Source: Octopus vulgaris (taxonomy: Eukaryota). Taken from it: a stretch of DNA of 64,000 nt. Both the position numbers and the translations under genes were made by a program. Positions 13,420 through 25,469 of the stretch are shown in pieces. Location: assembly GCA_951406725.2 (NCBI GenBank), contig OX597823.1, positions 27,094,001-27,158,000 of the forward strand, in the 5' to 3' direction. Numbering within the stretch: position 1 is the first letter of the stretch; every line of letters starts with the position of its first letter. Below the pieces are notes generated by a model. That model was given only the letters and a program-made list of their open reading frames with translations. It was not told the origin of the DNA and made no database searches.

Positions 13420-14410
13420 TACTGCAGCATGGTGTGTTTCTATTTTTATTTTTATTCAGGTTTGTGTGTTGGCTTGAAGCCCCGTTTCTGTTTGTGCGTC
13501 GGGTCCCTGGAAGATGAGTGAAGGGACAGTCACTCAGCAGACATGTTCTCTCACGTTGGGAATACCGGCAGATTTTTGGACTCCGAGTTGTGTGTGTTTT
13601 GAATTTCGATTTACTATTTGGTGGTGTTGATGTTATTGTGGGATGCGTGCTTTGGCCTTGGCCGGTAGTGCGTCTAGTGCCGGGTAGATGCGTGAAGATG
13701 CAGTCACTATTTGTGCAGAGTCTCTGGCGCAGTGAATAGCGGCATATTTTGGGATTTCTTGTTTGTGCCGTGGGGGGCGCATTCTGCTCCCTATGTTTCT
13801 TTAAGTTTTTGTTACTGCAGTAGTATTGAGGTGGTGATGTGGGGGAAGAGGGCAGTGGTTTCTTATTTGGTTTTTTGTTGGTATTTTTGGTGATAGAAGA
13901 CGATGGTGGCAGCGGTGGTGATGATGATGATGATAATTGTGGTGGTTGCCGTGAGAGCGGTGAAAAGATACTGGCATTTAGTGAATCATCTAGTAAGCTA
14001 GAGTTGAGGAGTGGCTGTTGTTGTTCTTGTTGCTGTGGCTGTTGTTGTTGTTGTGCTTGACCGATGTTAGGGTCAGCCATTGTGCTGGGAACCAGGAGTG
14101 GCTCATTCTGTTGTTGTTGTTGTTGTGGCTGCTGATTTTCTAGCTGTTGCTGTTCTTGAACTGTGAAAATATGAAGAAGCTTTTCATAATGGCCTTTTGT
14201 CAGTTTGAAAGATACTTCGATATGTTTCAGTTTGCTACGAATCTGTTTGACGGATCGTGTGTTGACCACTTGTGATGTTTTTTCGGCAATCTCATTCAAA
14301 CACAATACATTTAGATTTTCTGTTTGGGAAAGAGAGAACCAAGTGTTTATTAAAACATCAATTTCGTTATCAGACCAATTTCGTCTGTTGCAGGCCTGCA
14401 AGTTAGTCAT
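13292..14410 (-). CDS. LINE ORF1, 372 aa: Myb/SANT-like N-terminus, Q/P/S-rich linker, two CCCH zinc fingers
   Basis: WSDNEIDVLINTW...RSVKQIRSKLKHI, plus CRYSLRQRLCTNSDCIFTH and CRYSQRERTCLLSDCPFTH (C-x8-C-x4-C-x3-H). Confidence 0.75.
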   Translation of the reverse strand: MTNLQACNRRNWSDNEIDVLINTWFSLSQTENLNVLCLNEIAEKTSQVVNTRSVKQIRSKLKHIEVSFKLTKGHYEKLLHIFTVQEQQQLENQQPQQQQQQNEPLLVPSTMADPNIGQAQQQQQPQQQEQQQPLLNSSLLDDSLNASIFSPLSRQPPQLSSSSSPPLPPSSSITKNTNKKPNKKPLPSSPTSPPQYYCSNKNLKKHREQNAPPTAQTRNPKICRYSLRQRLCTNSDCIFTHLPGTRRTTGQGQSTHPTITSTPPNSKSKFKTHTTRSPKICRYSQRERTCLLSDCPFTHLPGTRRTNRNGASSQHTNLNKNKNRNTPCCSNAGPVFSGRHKNNNNKNGNYNPIQQCNHTSSQKLLPKQENSF

Positions 14411-14615
14411 GTTTGTTTTTCTTTTGTTTGTTTTCCTTTTGATTTTTGAAAATATATATATTCTTTCTTGGGAGTTAAAGAAGTGTATATATATATAAAT
14501 GTTCTCTCTTAAGGGTGTGAGTTTTTGATTATTTGGTTGTTTGAGGATATTAAAAGAAAAACAGGTGTATATAACAATTTGTAGTTAAATGAAAACGTAC
14601 TTACGGGTTTGTAGG

Positions 14616-14681
<66 letters not shown>

Positions 14682-14762
14682 TATATACACGTATATACAT
14701 ATATATGTTTTCAAGTTTTTTTTTTCAAACAGCAAGGTTGCATTCAGCTTGTTTTATATCAT

Positions 14763-15724
14763 ACTAACAGCATAGCCCGGCGTTGCCCGGGTATGTAAGA
14801 GCCCCTAGTAGGCAACGACTAATCCCAATCTAGTCCTTTCCCTCTAGGGAAGGAAGGCGCATGTGTAGGTTGCAATGTCTTCTCTTCACACGAATACTTC
14901 TGTGTATACGATGATCGTAGCTGTCCCTTTGGGCGAAAACATGAAAACATCATTGCGCCTCCCAATGCGTGAACAGCCCACGTAGAGTTGACCGTGGACG
15001 AAGTACTGTTCGCCCAACTGTAACCCAGCGACTTGTAGCGTTTGGCCTTGGGATTTATTGATGGGCATTGCGAAGCAGAGTTTAACAGGAAACTGAGAAC
15101 GCCTGAAGTGGATTGGTAGGTCAGCGCCCGACGGTTGAAGGTGCATGCGTGGAATGAAGACGTCCTCTCCCTTCCCACAACCGGTAAGTATTGTGGCCGT
15201 TATTAAATGTGGTGGCAAATGTTTCACAACCAGACGTGTGCTGTTGTACTGTTTAGGTGGAACCAAATTCCTGATGAGAATAATGGGCGCACCGACTTTT
15301 AACTTCAGGATGTGTGGCGGCAGGCCTGGTGGTTCAAATGAATTCAGGAATTCAACAGGATAATCGGCAAGCTCGGCGGGGTCTGCTGTCCTATCAATAG
15401 ATTTGTAGACGTGGACATCACCAGGAATAGCTTCAAGTAGCTGGATATTGATGGAGTTGAGAGTTAAAAAGGTCGAGTTGCGTCCCCTAGACAGTCTGTG
15501 GTTTGTGTTTCTGATTCTCGACCTCATGTCGAATTTATCGATTTATTTCAGAACTGGGGGAACTTTTCAAAATTTTCGCTGCGTTAGTTTTGAATTATGA
15601 CATTGGGCTATGTGTGTGTCAAGTTTCATCAGAATCGGTTGAAAGCCGTGGTCAGGGTGAGGGTACAACCTGACAGACACACAGATACACAGACAGACAA
15701 ACTGCCGTTTATATAGAGAGAGAT
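14763..15724 (-). mobile_element. Non-autonomous Helitron carrying the PIF1-like helicase C-terminus (ORF 14886-15527)
   Basis: LPPHILKLKVGAPIILIRNL, QFPVKLCFAMPINKSQGQTL, HGQLYVGCSR. 5' TC start, 3' hairpin cccgggcaacgccggg followed by TTAG. Confidence 0.9.
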
Positions 15725-15949
15725 TGTATGAAGTAAAAATGCCATAAATATTAAATGTGAAATAAATGCGAAAAGTAAATAAATCAGAGCCATAATTCAA
15801 TTGTATAAAATTAAGATTATCGAAAATATAAAATACCTTTTTAAACACATGACAAAATAAATATTTTTAAATATATACAAGCCTCTTATTTTAACTTCAT
15901 ATATATTTAAACATTTTGTATAAGAAAAACAAAAACACTATCTCCATAC

Positions 15950-16028
15950 CTGCAAGAATAAATTGAGAATGCAAGAAAAAATAAAGAAATAAAGCACAAG
16001 AAAATAAATAAAACTGTTTCATTTGCAT
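15950..16028 (-). CDS. Candidate first coding exon: signal peptide MQMKQFYLFSCALFLYFFLHSQFILA (exon acceptor at 16105)
   Basis: ATG, basic n-region, hydrophobic core, I-L-A end. Donor cag|GTATGG in phase 1 matches exon 4995-5158. Confidence 0.4.
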
Positions 16029-16334
16029 TCATCTATGTTAGCTATTATATTTGTCTAGTTTACACCTATCACCCGAAGGTTTTGTCTTTGGGTGAGACGT
16101 ATAAACTATAAAACAAAAGAAACATGAAAATAGACAAAAACAAAACAGAACAGCTAGAACAAGTGATAGGTTAGTTTTCAGACAGAATAATATCCATCAA
16201 TATTAATATGGTGTTATTTTATGTTCCATATATCTAATAAAATTTAGTAATATTCCCGCCTATTTTGTAATAAATTTTGTCAATATCAAATATTATTCAA
16301 ATATCAGACGACTGATATTTTTTCTTGTTTTATT

Positions 16335-16559
16335 GCTCTTTTACTCTTTTACTCTTTTACATGTTTCAGTCATTTGACTGTGGCCATGCTGGAGCACCGC
16401 CTTTAGTCGGGCAAATCGACCCCAAGACGTATTCTTTGTATGTTTAGTACTTATCCTATCGGTCTCTTTTGCCGAACCGCTAAGTTACGGGGACGTAAAC
16501 ACACCAGCATCGGTTGTCAAGCGATGTTGGGGGAAACAAACACATACATATAAACATAT

Positions 16560-16598
<39 letters not shown>

Positions 16599-16747
16599 CG
16601 TATATACGACGGGCTTCTTTGAGTTTCCGTCTACCAAATCCACTCACAAGGCTTTGGTCGGCCCGAGGCTATAGTAGAAGGTACTTGCCCAAGGTGCTAC
16701 GCAGTGGGACTGAAGCCGGAACCATGTGGTTCGTAAGCAAGCTACTT
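16335..16747 (-). mobile_element. tRNA-derived SINE, octopus OR-like
   Basis: Reverse complement of 55572-55975, with a (TAAAAGAG)n-type tail. Confidence 0.85.
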
Positions 16748-16894
16748 TATTCATAAAATATGTCATATAGACAGTACAAAGATTGGGTAGCTTTACGGGC
16801 TGGACAAACACATTAATGAATGAAAATATAAGAAAATGAATAAATTGAGAGACGAAACCCAACACCCGCCGATTGGAGTTTTCTCGAAAACATA

Positions 16895-18600
16895 TTTTCT
16901 TTTTTTAAAATTCAATATGAGGTTTTAAACCTCTTACACGAAGAAGGCACTAAAACATCTTACTTAACATGTTTTCTTTTAACACACAATTGAGGTTATA
17001 AACCACTACAAATAATACAATAAGATGAGGTTTCAAACCCTCTAACGCGGCTTTTTCACCTCCTACTCATCGATATATCCATCAATATATCCATCATTAT
17101 CTTCAATGCCGCTTGAGTTCCTGTATCCCGCCATTTTCCATGCCTCACTCATGTAGGACATGTAAGTCGTGTAAAGGCCACCCGGCCATATGCGACTCTC
17201 CTCCCCAAATCCTTTAAGCCTTTCCCACAAAGGAAACCTTATGACCTCCTCAGCTATCTGCGGATGCCATTCGGGATCCCGTGTGAAGGGCATATCTACT
17301 GTTTCTTTATGTTCTACTATTTTTCCACCTCCCCGCCCTTGTAGAAAAAGATAATTTATTTATCATCTTTAAGGGTGGGGGTCGTTTCTTCCACCGTGGG
17401 TGGCACAACTTCGGTACATGCAGACGGTACATCATCTCCCCCCCGTGATGACCCGTTCTTCTTTCTTTTTTTCTTTTCTTCCTGACTTCGGGAGATTGGA
17501 GCTCTTCCGCTTTGTCCGGAGTCTCTGCCCCACCCCCCGAAGTCTTAGGGTCCTTCGGCGGGCAACTATTGTTGCCCGCCTTCTTCCTTTTTAATCCTTT
17601 CTGGATTGAGGAGGCTTCAGTCTCCTCAACCACATCCACCTCTCCCTTTGACAGGGTAGGGGAGGTGGCATCCAGTAAATATTCCAGCACCTTACCATGG
17701 TCCTGTGGGCAGTTCTTTTTAATGTGATCAGAGTGGCGGTGCTAATGCCTCATCAGCCTCCGACCTGTTGTTGCCCGTTCTGTTGTTATTTGCAAGGCTC
17801 TCTTGCGCTCTCCATCTTTCGAGACCATTGATGCAAAAAGCCTCAAGTGACATTTGTTCCCACATTATATAACAGTTGTTCTGCCCTAAACCACCAGCGT
17901 CATTGCCTTTTTCTGAATACACGACGCGACAATTCTCCAGAATTACGTTGTGGTCTTCAGGCTTCTTAAGGACTTTTAATACCTTTCCAAACTGCATATT
18001 CTTTCTTATTAGTTCTACGCAAACCACCTGACCGTATTCTGCTACAAAGGTAAAAGATTCAATGTTCTTGACTGTTACTTTTCTATTACTTTGACATAAG
18101 GAATGAAATACAAGCCTTTGAGCGGTTGTGTAACCCTCTGTCTACTTACGACATTATACTTCACCTTCGTTTTTGAATACCAGGAAGATTATCTCTGATA
18201 TTCTGCTGCGTTCCCTATAAATTACTTCCTTTTTTACAATGAACAGAATCTCATTCAAAAGTCCCTGGAAAATTCTGACTGTGGCGCAAACGTAGATTAA
18301 TCTTTTCTTCTATTGTTACTGAAGATGAAACTCAATTAAGGAAGCATGTGTTTTGGTTACATATTTGTCATATGACCCAGTAGACATGTCTTTCTGGTGG
18401 TACGTTGCCCATCTTTGCTTTTATCACCCTCTGACCAAAATAGATCGGTATAAAGCCAGTACATCACACTTTATAACCGTTACAGAACGCCTGCTGACCT
18501 CCTCTTCGATCGGAAATCTTCCTCTAATGTACCGCACCATCTCTTGCAAGCAACGTAGGTTTAGGCTCTGATCTCTTCTAAGATAACGGAATTATCGCTA
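16895..18600 (-). mobile_element. Decayed L1/Tx1-like ORF1 (gag-like) element lacking ORF2
   Basis: Frameshifted pieces IPIYFGQRVIKAKMGNVPPE and RKVTVKNIE..EYGQVVCVELIRK, zinc-knuckle remnant HSDHIKKNCP, basic/acidic tail, A-rich 3' end. Confidence 0.55.
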
Positions 18601-18699
18601 ATTAAATCACATCTAACTTGACATAAACTAACAGAAAATTAAAGTAACATAGCATAAAATACATGCGTCATAGCATAAAAGTAAAGCTGTCTTGGATAC

Positions 18700-19710
18700 A
18701 AAATGCTAAGCGGCATTTTCTTCCGACTCTTTATATTCTGATTTTAAATCTCGCCGAGGTCGACTTTGTCTTTCATCCGCTCCGAGTCAATGAAATATAG
18801 TATCAATCATTAAGGCGGCAAGCTGGCAGAAACGTTAGCACGCCGGGCGAAGTGCCGTTACGTTCTGAGTTTAAGTTCCGCCGAGGTCGACTTTGCCTTT
18901 CATCCTTTCGGGGTCGATACATTACGTACCAGTTATGCAGTGAGGTCGATGTAATCGACTTAATCCCTTTGTCTGTCCTTGTTTGTCCCTTGTGTGTTTA
19001 GCCCCTTGTGGGCAATAAAGAAATAAGAAACGTTAGTACGCCGGGTGAAATGCTTAGTGGTATTTCGTTTGCCGTTACGTTCTGAGTTCAAATTATGCCG
19101 GGTCGACTTAACCTTTCATCCTTTCGGATTCGATAAACTAAATACCAGTTACGTATTGGGGGTCGATGTAATCGACTTAATCCGTTTGTCCTCTCTGTGT
19201 TTAGCCCCTTGTGGGTAGTAAAGAAATAGGGATTTCGTGTGTCTTTACGTTCTGAGGTCATATTCCGCCGAAGTGGACTTTGCCTTTCATCCTTTCAGGT
19301 TCGACAAATTAAAGTACCAGTTGTGTACTGGGTCGATCTAATCCCAAAATTTTCAAGCCTTGTACCTAGTGCAGAAAAGAATATCTGGGGCAGTGAGCTG
19401 GAAGAAACGTTAGCAAGTCGGGCGAAATGCTTAGCGGTATTTCGTCTGGGGTTGATGTAATCGACTTAATATCTATGTCTGTCCTTGTTTGTCCCCTCTA
19501 TATTTAGCCCCTTGTGGATAATAAAGAAATAGGTATTTCGTCTGCCGTTACGTTCTGAGTTCAAATTCCACCGAGGTCGACTTTGCCTTTCATCCTTTCG
19601 GGGTCGATTAAATAAGTACCAGTTACGCAGTGGAGTCGATCTAATCGACGTAATCCCTTTGTGTGTCCTTGTTTGTCTATGTTTAGCCCCCTGAGGGCAA
19701 TAATGAAATA
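18700..19710 (+). mobile_element. Tandem cluster of partial SINEs sharing the core gcctttcatcctttcggggtcgat (MetaSINE/MESC-like)
   Basis: At least 5 head-to-tail modules. Same family at 33642-34010, 35700-35822 and 40075-40480. Confidence 0.75.
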
Positions 19711-22700
19711 AATATAGTACCAGTGAATAACTGGATTCGATATAAACGTCTAAACATCTACTCAGACAGCCAGAGTTATGCCAAAATTTGAACCAGATAT
19801 TAGACACTGATTTGATAAAAGAAGAATTTAAATTCTAATTCTTTGCGCTGGTCATTCAGAGGTGTTTCTTTTAATTTATTAAACAAAATGTTTGTTATTG
19901 AACCACTTGAGTTAATTCTATTAACTCATTTTATTATTACTATTCGAAAATCTGAGTAAGGCATTTTCTCTAACTGAAAAATTTTGCCCATTGATCAGAG
20001 CAGCCTCGTTGAGAAGAATACGTTGTGCTGTCGAGGACCAATAAGACCGAAACAACTCCGTAGACTCATATTTGTTCGCAAATGTATTCGGTTGGCAACT
20101 AAGTTCCCACCGTTTTTTAAATTTTGGAATTTAATGCGTTTCTAAATTTTGGAATCTATTTTTTCGTTCGAGAATTCTATTTTTGAATTATTTTGGAATC
20201 TATTTTGTCTTTTTTCTAGTCAATTTTAGTTAATTTTTGTTTATTTTCAGCTCATTAAAATGGAATGTCAAGTTAAGAAAAACGAACATTTTCGATACTT
20301 CCTTCTTTTTGCTTTTAATCAAGTTTAAGGCCGCAGAAGCTGCTCGCGATATTTGTGCTGTGTATGGAGAGAGTGTCATAGCTGAAAGAACCGCTCTGAT
20401 TGGTATACCAAGTTCAAAAATGGAAATTTTGCCCTCAAAGATGCACGTCGTTCTGGCAGTCCAGTTGAGTTCCATGAAAAGCGATTAAACCAACTTTTGC
20501 GAGAAAATCCTCGTCAAATGACAAGGAAACTGGCAGAGCAAATGGAATGTATCCACACTGCTACAGAGAAACGTCTTCACTCGATGGGAAAGATTCAGAA
20601 GTATGGAGCATGGGTTCCGCATGCTTTAAGTGACGACAAAAATGAACGAGCCACAATCTCCGCTGGTATGCTTGCTCGTCACCGCTCACCTTATGGACAC
20701 AAGCAACGATTTCTTTACCGAAAAATGGTGCCTGTACATCAATATGAAGCAGCATAAGGAATGACTTAGCCCCGGCAAACAAGCGACACCGCGCGTGAAA
20801 CAAAATCTTCATCCGCGTAAAAAGATGTTGTGTGTATGGTGGGACTGGGAAGGGATTATCCATTACGAATTACTTGAACGGAACCAAGCAGTCAACGCGG
20901 AACTCTATGTTCAGCAGATGGAACGACACAACAAGACTATTCAAGAGAAAAGACCTAATCGGCAGCATGGAGTTCTTCTGCTGCACGACAACGTTCACCC
21001 TCATATCACCAATATGACCAAGGAAGCCATCCAAACGCTTGGCTGGGAAGTGCTGCCACATCCGCCGTACTCTCCTGATTTGGCAGCAACGGGTTTCCAC
21101 CTCTTTCGATCACTTTCAAATGCTATGCACGGAGTTTCGTTGAATACTGATGCAGAATTGAGAGCTTGGTTGGATGAATTTTTCGAGACAAAATCCGGTG
21201 ATTTCTACCAACGAGGTATTGAAAATCTTGTTGAACGTTGGAAAGAAGTTGTAAATAATAAGAGCTAATACATTATTGATTAATTAGGTTCGACAAATTA
21301 AAGTACCAGTTGTGTACTGGGTCGATCTAATCCCAAAATTTTCAAGCCTTGTACCTAGTGCAGAAAAGAATATCTGGGGCAGTGAGCTGGAAGAAACGTT
21401 AGCAAGTCGGGCGAAATGCTTAGCGGTATTTCGTCTGGGGTTGATGTAATCGACTTAATATCTATGTCTGTCCTTGTTTGTCCCCTCTATATTTAGCCCC
21501 TTGTGGATAATAAAGAAATAGGTATTTCGTCTGCCGTTACGTTCTGAGTTCAAATTCCACCGAGGTCGACTTTGCCTTTCATCCTTTCGGGGTCGATTAA
21601 ATAAGTACCAGTTACGCAGTGGAGTCGATCTAATCGACGTAATCCCTTTGTGTGTCCTTGTTTGTCTATGTTTAGCCCCCTGAGGGCAATAATGAAATAA
21701 ATATAGTACCAGTGAAAACTGGATTCGATATAAATGTCTAAACATCTACTCAGACAGCCAGAGTTATGCCAAAATTTGAACCAGATATTAGACACTGATT
21801 TGATAAAAGAAGAATTTAAATTCTAATTCTTTGCGCTGGTCATTCAGAGGTGTTTCTTTTAATTTATTAAACAAAATGTTTGTTATTGAACCACTTGAGT
21901 TAATTCTATTAACTCATTTTATTATTACTATTCGAAAATCTGAGTAAGGCATTTTCTCTAACTGAAAAATTTTGCCCATTGATCAGAGCAGCCTCGTTGA
22001 GAAGAATACGTTGTGCTGTCGAGGACCAATAAGACCGAAACAACTCCGTAGACTCATATTTGTTCGCAAATGTATTCGGTTGGCAACTAAGTTCCCACCG
22101 TTTTTTAAATTATGGAATTTAATGCGTTTCTAAATTTTGGAATCTATTTTTTCGTTCGAGAATTCTATTTTTGAATTATTTTGGAATCTATTTTGTCTTT
22201 TTTCTAGTCAATTTTAGTTAATTTTTGTTTATTTTCAGCTCATTAAAATGGAATGTCAAGTTAAGAAAAACGAACATTTTCGATACCTCCTTCTTTTTGC
22301 TTTTAATCAAGTTTAAGGCCGCAGAAGCTGCTCGCGATATTTGTGCTGTGTATGGAGAGAGTGTCATAGCTGAAAGAACCGCTCTGATTGGTATACCAAG
22401 TTCAAAAATGGAAATTTTGCCCTCAAAGATGCACGTCGTTCTGGCAGTCCAGTTGAGTTCCATGAAAAGCGATTAAACCAACTTTTGCGAGAAAATCCTC
22501 GTCAAATGACAAGGAAACTGGCAGAGCAAATGGAATGTATCCACACTGCTATAGAGAAACGTCTTCACTCGATGGGAAAGATTCAGAAGTATGGAGCATG
22601 GGTTCCGCATGCTTTAAGTGACGACAAAAATGAACGAGCCACAATCTCCGCTGGTATGCTTGCTCGTCACCGCTCACCTTATGGACACAAGCAACGATTT

Positions 22701-23275
22701 CTTTACCGAAAAATGGTGCCTGTACATCAATATGAAGCAGCATAAGGAATGACTTAGCCCCGGCAAACAAGCGACACCGCGCGTGAAACAAAATCTTCAT
22801 ACGCGTAAAAAGATGTTGTGTGTATGGTGGGACTGGGAAGGGATTATCCATTACGAATTACTTGAACGGAACCAAGCAGTCAACGCGGAACTCTATGTTC
22901 AGCAGATGGAACGACACAACAAGACTATTCAAGAGAAAAGACCTAATCGGCAGCATGGAGTTCTTCTGCTGCACGACAACGTTCACCCTCATATCACCAA
23001 TATGACCAAGGAAGCCATCCAAACGCTTGGCTGGGAAGTGCTGCCACATCCGCCGTACTCTCCTGATTTGGCAGCAACGGGTTTCCACCTCTTTCGATCA
23101 CTTTCAAATGCTATGCACGGAGTTTCGTTGAATACTGATGCAGAATTGAGAGCTTGGTTGGATGAATTTTTCGAGACAAAATCCGGTGATTTCTACCAAC
23201 GAGGTATTGAAAATCTTGTTGAACGTTGGAAAGAAGTTGTAAATAATAAGAGCTAATACATTATTGATTAATTAG
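19297..23275 (+). repeat. Tandem duplication of a ~1989-bp unit (19297-21285 / 21286-23275)
   Basis: The copies differ at only about six positions seen by eye. AG microhomology at the junction. Confidence 0.95.
20087..21285 (+). mobile_element. Mariner copy 1, 3' TIR missing because of the duplication breakpoint
   Basis: 5' TIR after TA. WVPHAL, LHDN and YSPDLA motifs. Frameshifted. Confidence 0.9.
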
Positions 23276-23349
23276 TTGTTATTTTTTATTAAACCTTTCA
23301 AAAAATTTAAATTAAAAAAGAAACGGCGGGAACTTAGTTGTCAACCAAG
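22075..23349 (+). mobile_element. Mariner (DD34D-type) full-length inactive copy
   Basis: TIRs ttcggttggcaactaagttcccaccgttt / aaacggcgggaacttagttgtcaaccaag, TA TSD. Transposase is split over frames and the third Asp is replaced (YSPDLAATGF). Confidence 0.93.
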
Positions 23350-23377
23350 TAGTTTGGAAAATTAAATGTAAATTTAT

Positions 23378-23771
23378 TTACTCTTTTACTTCTTTCAGTT
23401 ATTTGACTGTGGCCATGTTGGAGCACCGCCTTTAGCCAAACAAATCGACCTCAGGACTTATTCTTTGTAAGCCTGGTACTTATTCTATCGAGCTCTTTTG
23501 CCGAACCGCTAAAGTTACGGGGACGTAAACACACCAACATCGGTTGTCAAGCGTTGTTGGAGGGACAAACACACATACACACATATATATATATATATAC
23601 ATATATACGACGGGCTTCTTTCAGTTTCCATCTACCAAATCCACTCACAAGGCCTTGGTCGGCCCGAGGCTATACTAGAAGACACTTGCGCAAGGTGCCA
23701 CACAGTGGGACTGAACCCGGAACCATGTGGTTCGTAAGCAAGCTACTTACCACACAGCCACTCCTACGCCT
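23378..23771 (-). mobile_element. Full-length OR-like tRNA-derived SINE
   Basis: Reverse complement of 55572-55975. Confidence 0.85.
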
Positions 23772-24614
23772 GTTATTGAAGTTATTCCATTCTTTTTTGG
23801 GACACTGCTAATAATTAGCATCGTTTTATGTTTTCTTTCCACTATAAGCAGAAAGTCTGAAATTTTTAGGAAGGAAGCTAATCCCTTACAACGTCCCCTA
23901 TGCTTAGCTCATATTTATTTTATTAACACCGAAAGGAAGAAAAGCAAAATCTACCTCAGTGGAATCTGAACTCAGAACCGCTAAGCTTTTTCTCCGGTAT
24001 GCTGACAATTCTTTTTGAGATTTCTTTGAGTAAAACATTCATAAATCATTAATACTAGGGATGAAAAAGTTATCTCATGTAAACACATGAACAAATTCCT
24101 ATTTATCAATCTTAAATAATTCTTCACTTCCTCTTGTTTAGATTAGTTTTTGGTGTATTTTAAAAATATTTCTATATATTATCTTTTGCTATGGAATACG
24201 ATTACTCGTCACATCCACCTTACATCACTATATCTTACACGATCTTGGTATTTTATTTATTTAACATTTCCTTCAAACAGTTGCATGACCCACCATATAT
24301 TAGGCTAACCCTTTATCTACATTACATTTTTATATAAATTCGTGACTTTTGCCCACTTGGGATGTATTCATTGTTTACCTTAGTGTATTAAATGTCTCCG
24401 AACAGAAAAGTAGCATCCAAATTAGTATATTTAGCAGAAGTGAGGTGAAAAGATAAGGACTATAACAATATAATTGTTGAATCGATAATATCATGGCAAC
24501 CACATAATGTGTCCTTTTCTGCCATTTGTAATTGGTAGAACTTAAAATGTTAAATATTGTCTTCATTCAACCTCTTCGACTCCGCCAAGACAAAAAAATT
24601 ATCGAGAATGTTGC

Positions 24615-24905
24615 ATGGCTGTGAGGTTTCAGTTCCCGTCCGTGGGAACTTATGCAAGTGTGATCTCCATTGTAGCCCGTGCCGTACAATGCCCTGTGAG
24701 TAAATTTGTTACACGGAAACTGCGGAAAAGCTCATTATATATATTTTCATTCTTTTATTTGTTTCGGTCATTTGACTGCGACGACGCTGGGGCATCTCCT
24801 TGAAGATTTCCTTTTTAGTGGAACAAATCGATATTAGGACTTAATTCTTAAGCATAGTACGTATACTATCGGTTCCTTTTGCCGAACAACTAGGTTACGA
24901 CAACA
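24615..24905. mobile_element. Decayed OR-like SINE pieces
   Basis: Diverged head on + and tail on -. Confidence 0.5.
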
Positions 24906-25366
24906 TAAATTTTAATAAAAATGGGTGTATGGAAAATTAAAAAAGAAAAAATAATAAATCAAACCGGTTTTTATTGCAAGGCAAATTTTCAATATTTGGA
25001 AGGGGAAAAGAATTCTTTTTAAAATTGAGGAAGAGGAAAAAAAATTTACAATGTTTTTTTCAAAAAAATTATAATACATATATACAAAAATTGATAAATA
25101 AGTATACCAATACCTTGTAGAGACATCATGCATTTAGAGTTCAATAATAGTCCTTGGACAAACTTCTTTGGAGGATTAGGATGCATGTGCTTAAATGTAG
25201 TGTTTCACTTTAAAAGGTTTGGGTGAATGTGTGTCAAAACAGGAAATGGGATAGGAGTAGCAGATTTTGTTGAATTTTTTGCTGCTTTAAACAAAGCATA
25301 TTACTCTACCACTGGTATTTGAGTACTCTTTTTTTCCACCTTGTTTCACATTTATGTGTTTACTCC

Positions 25367-25440
<74 letters not shown>

Positions 25441-25469
25441 TACATACACGCACACACACATATATATAT

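Larger units (their letters stand above)
10099..14619 (-). mobile_element. Full-length CR1/L2-group LINE inserted in (TA)n
   Basis: 5' UTR, ORF1, APE-RT ORF2, short 3' UTR and (ATCAAAGT)3 tandem tail. (TA)n on both flanks. Confidence 0.9.

Noticed and set aside
10378-14498. Plus-strand ORFs up to 246 aa over the LINE
   Set aside because: Antisense shadows of the LINE ORFs.
18560-18627. Possible additional paralogous exon after acceptor ttttctgttag
   Set aside because: It stops early in the relevant frames and overlaps the Tx1-like ORF1 remnant.
18700-19710. CRISPR-like repeat spacing
   Set aside because: Eukaryotic SINE modules with non-unique spacers and no cas genes.
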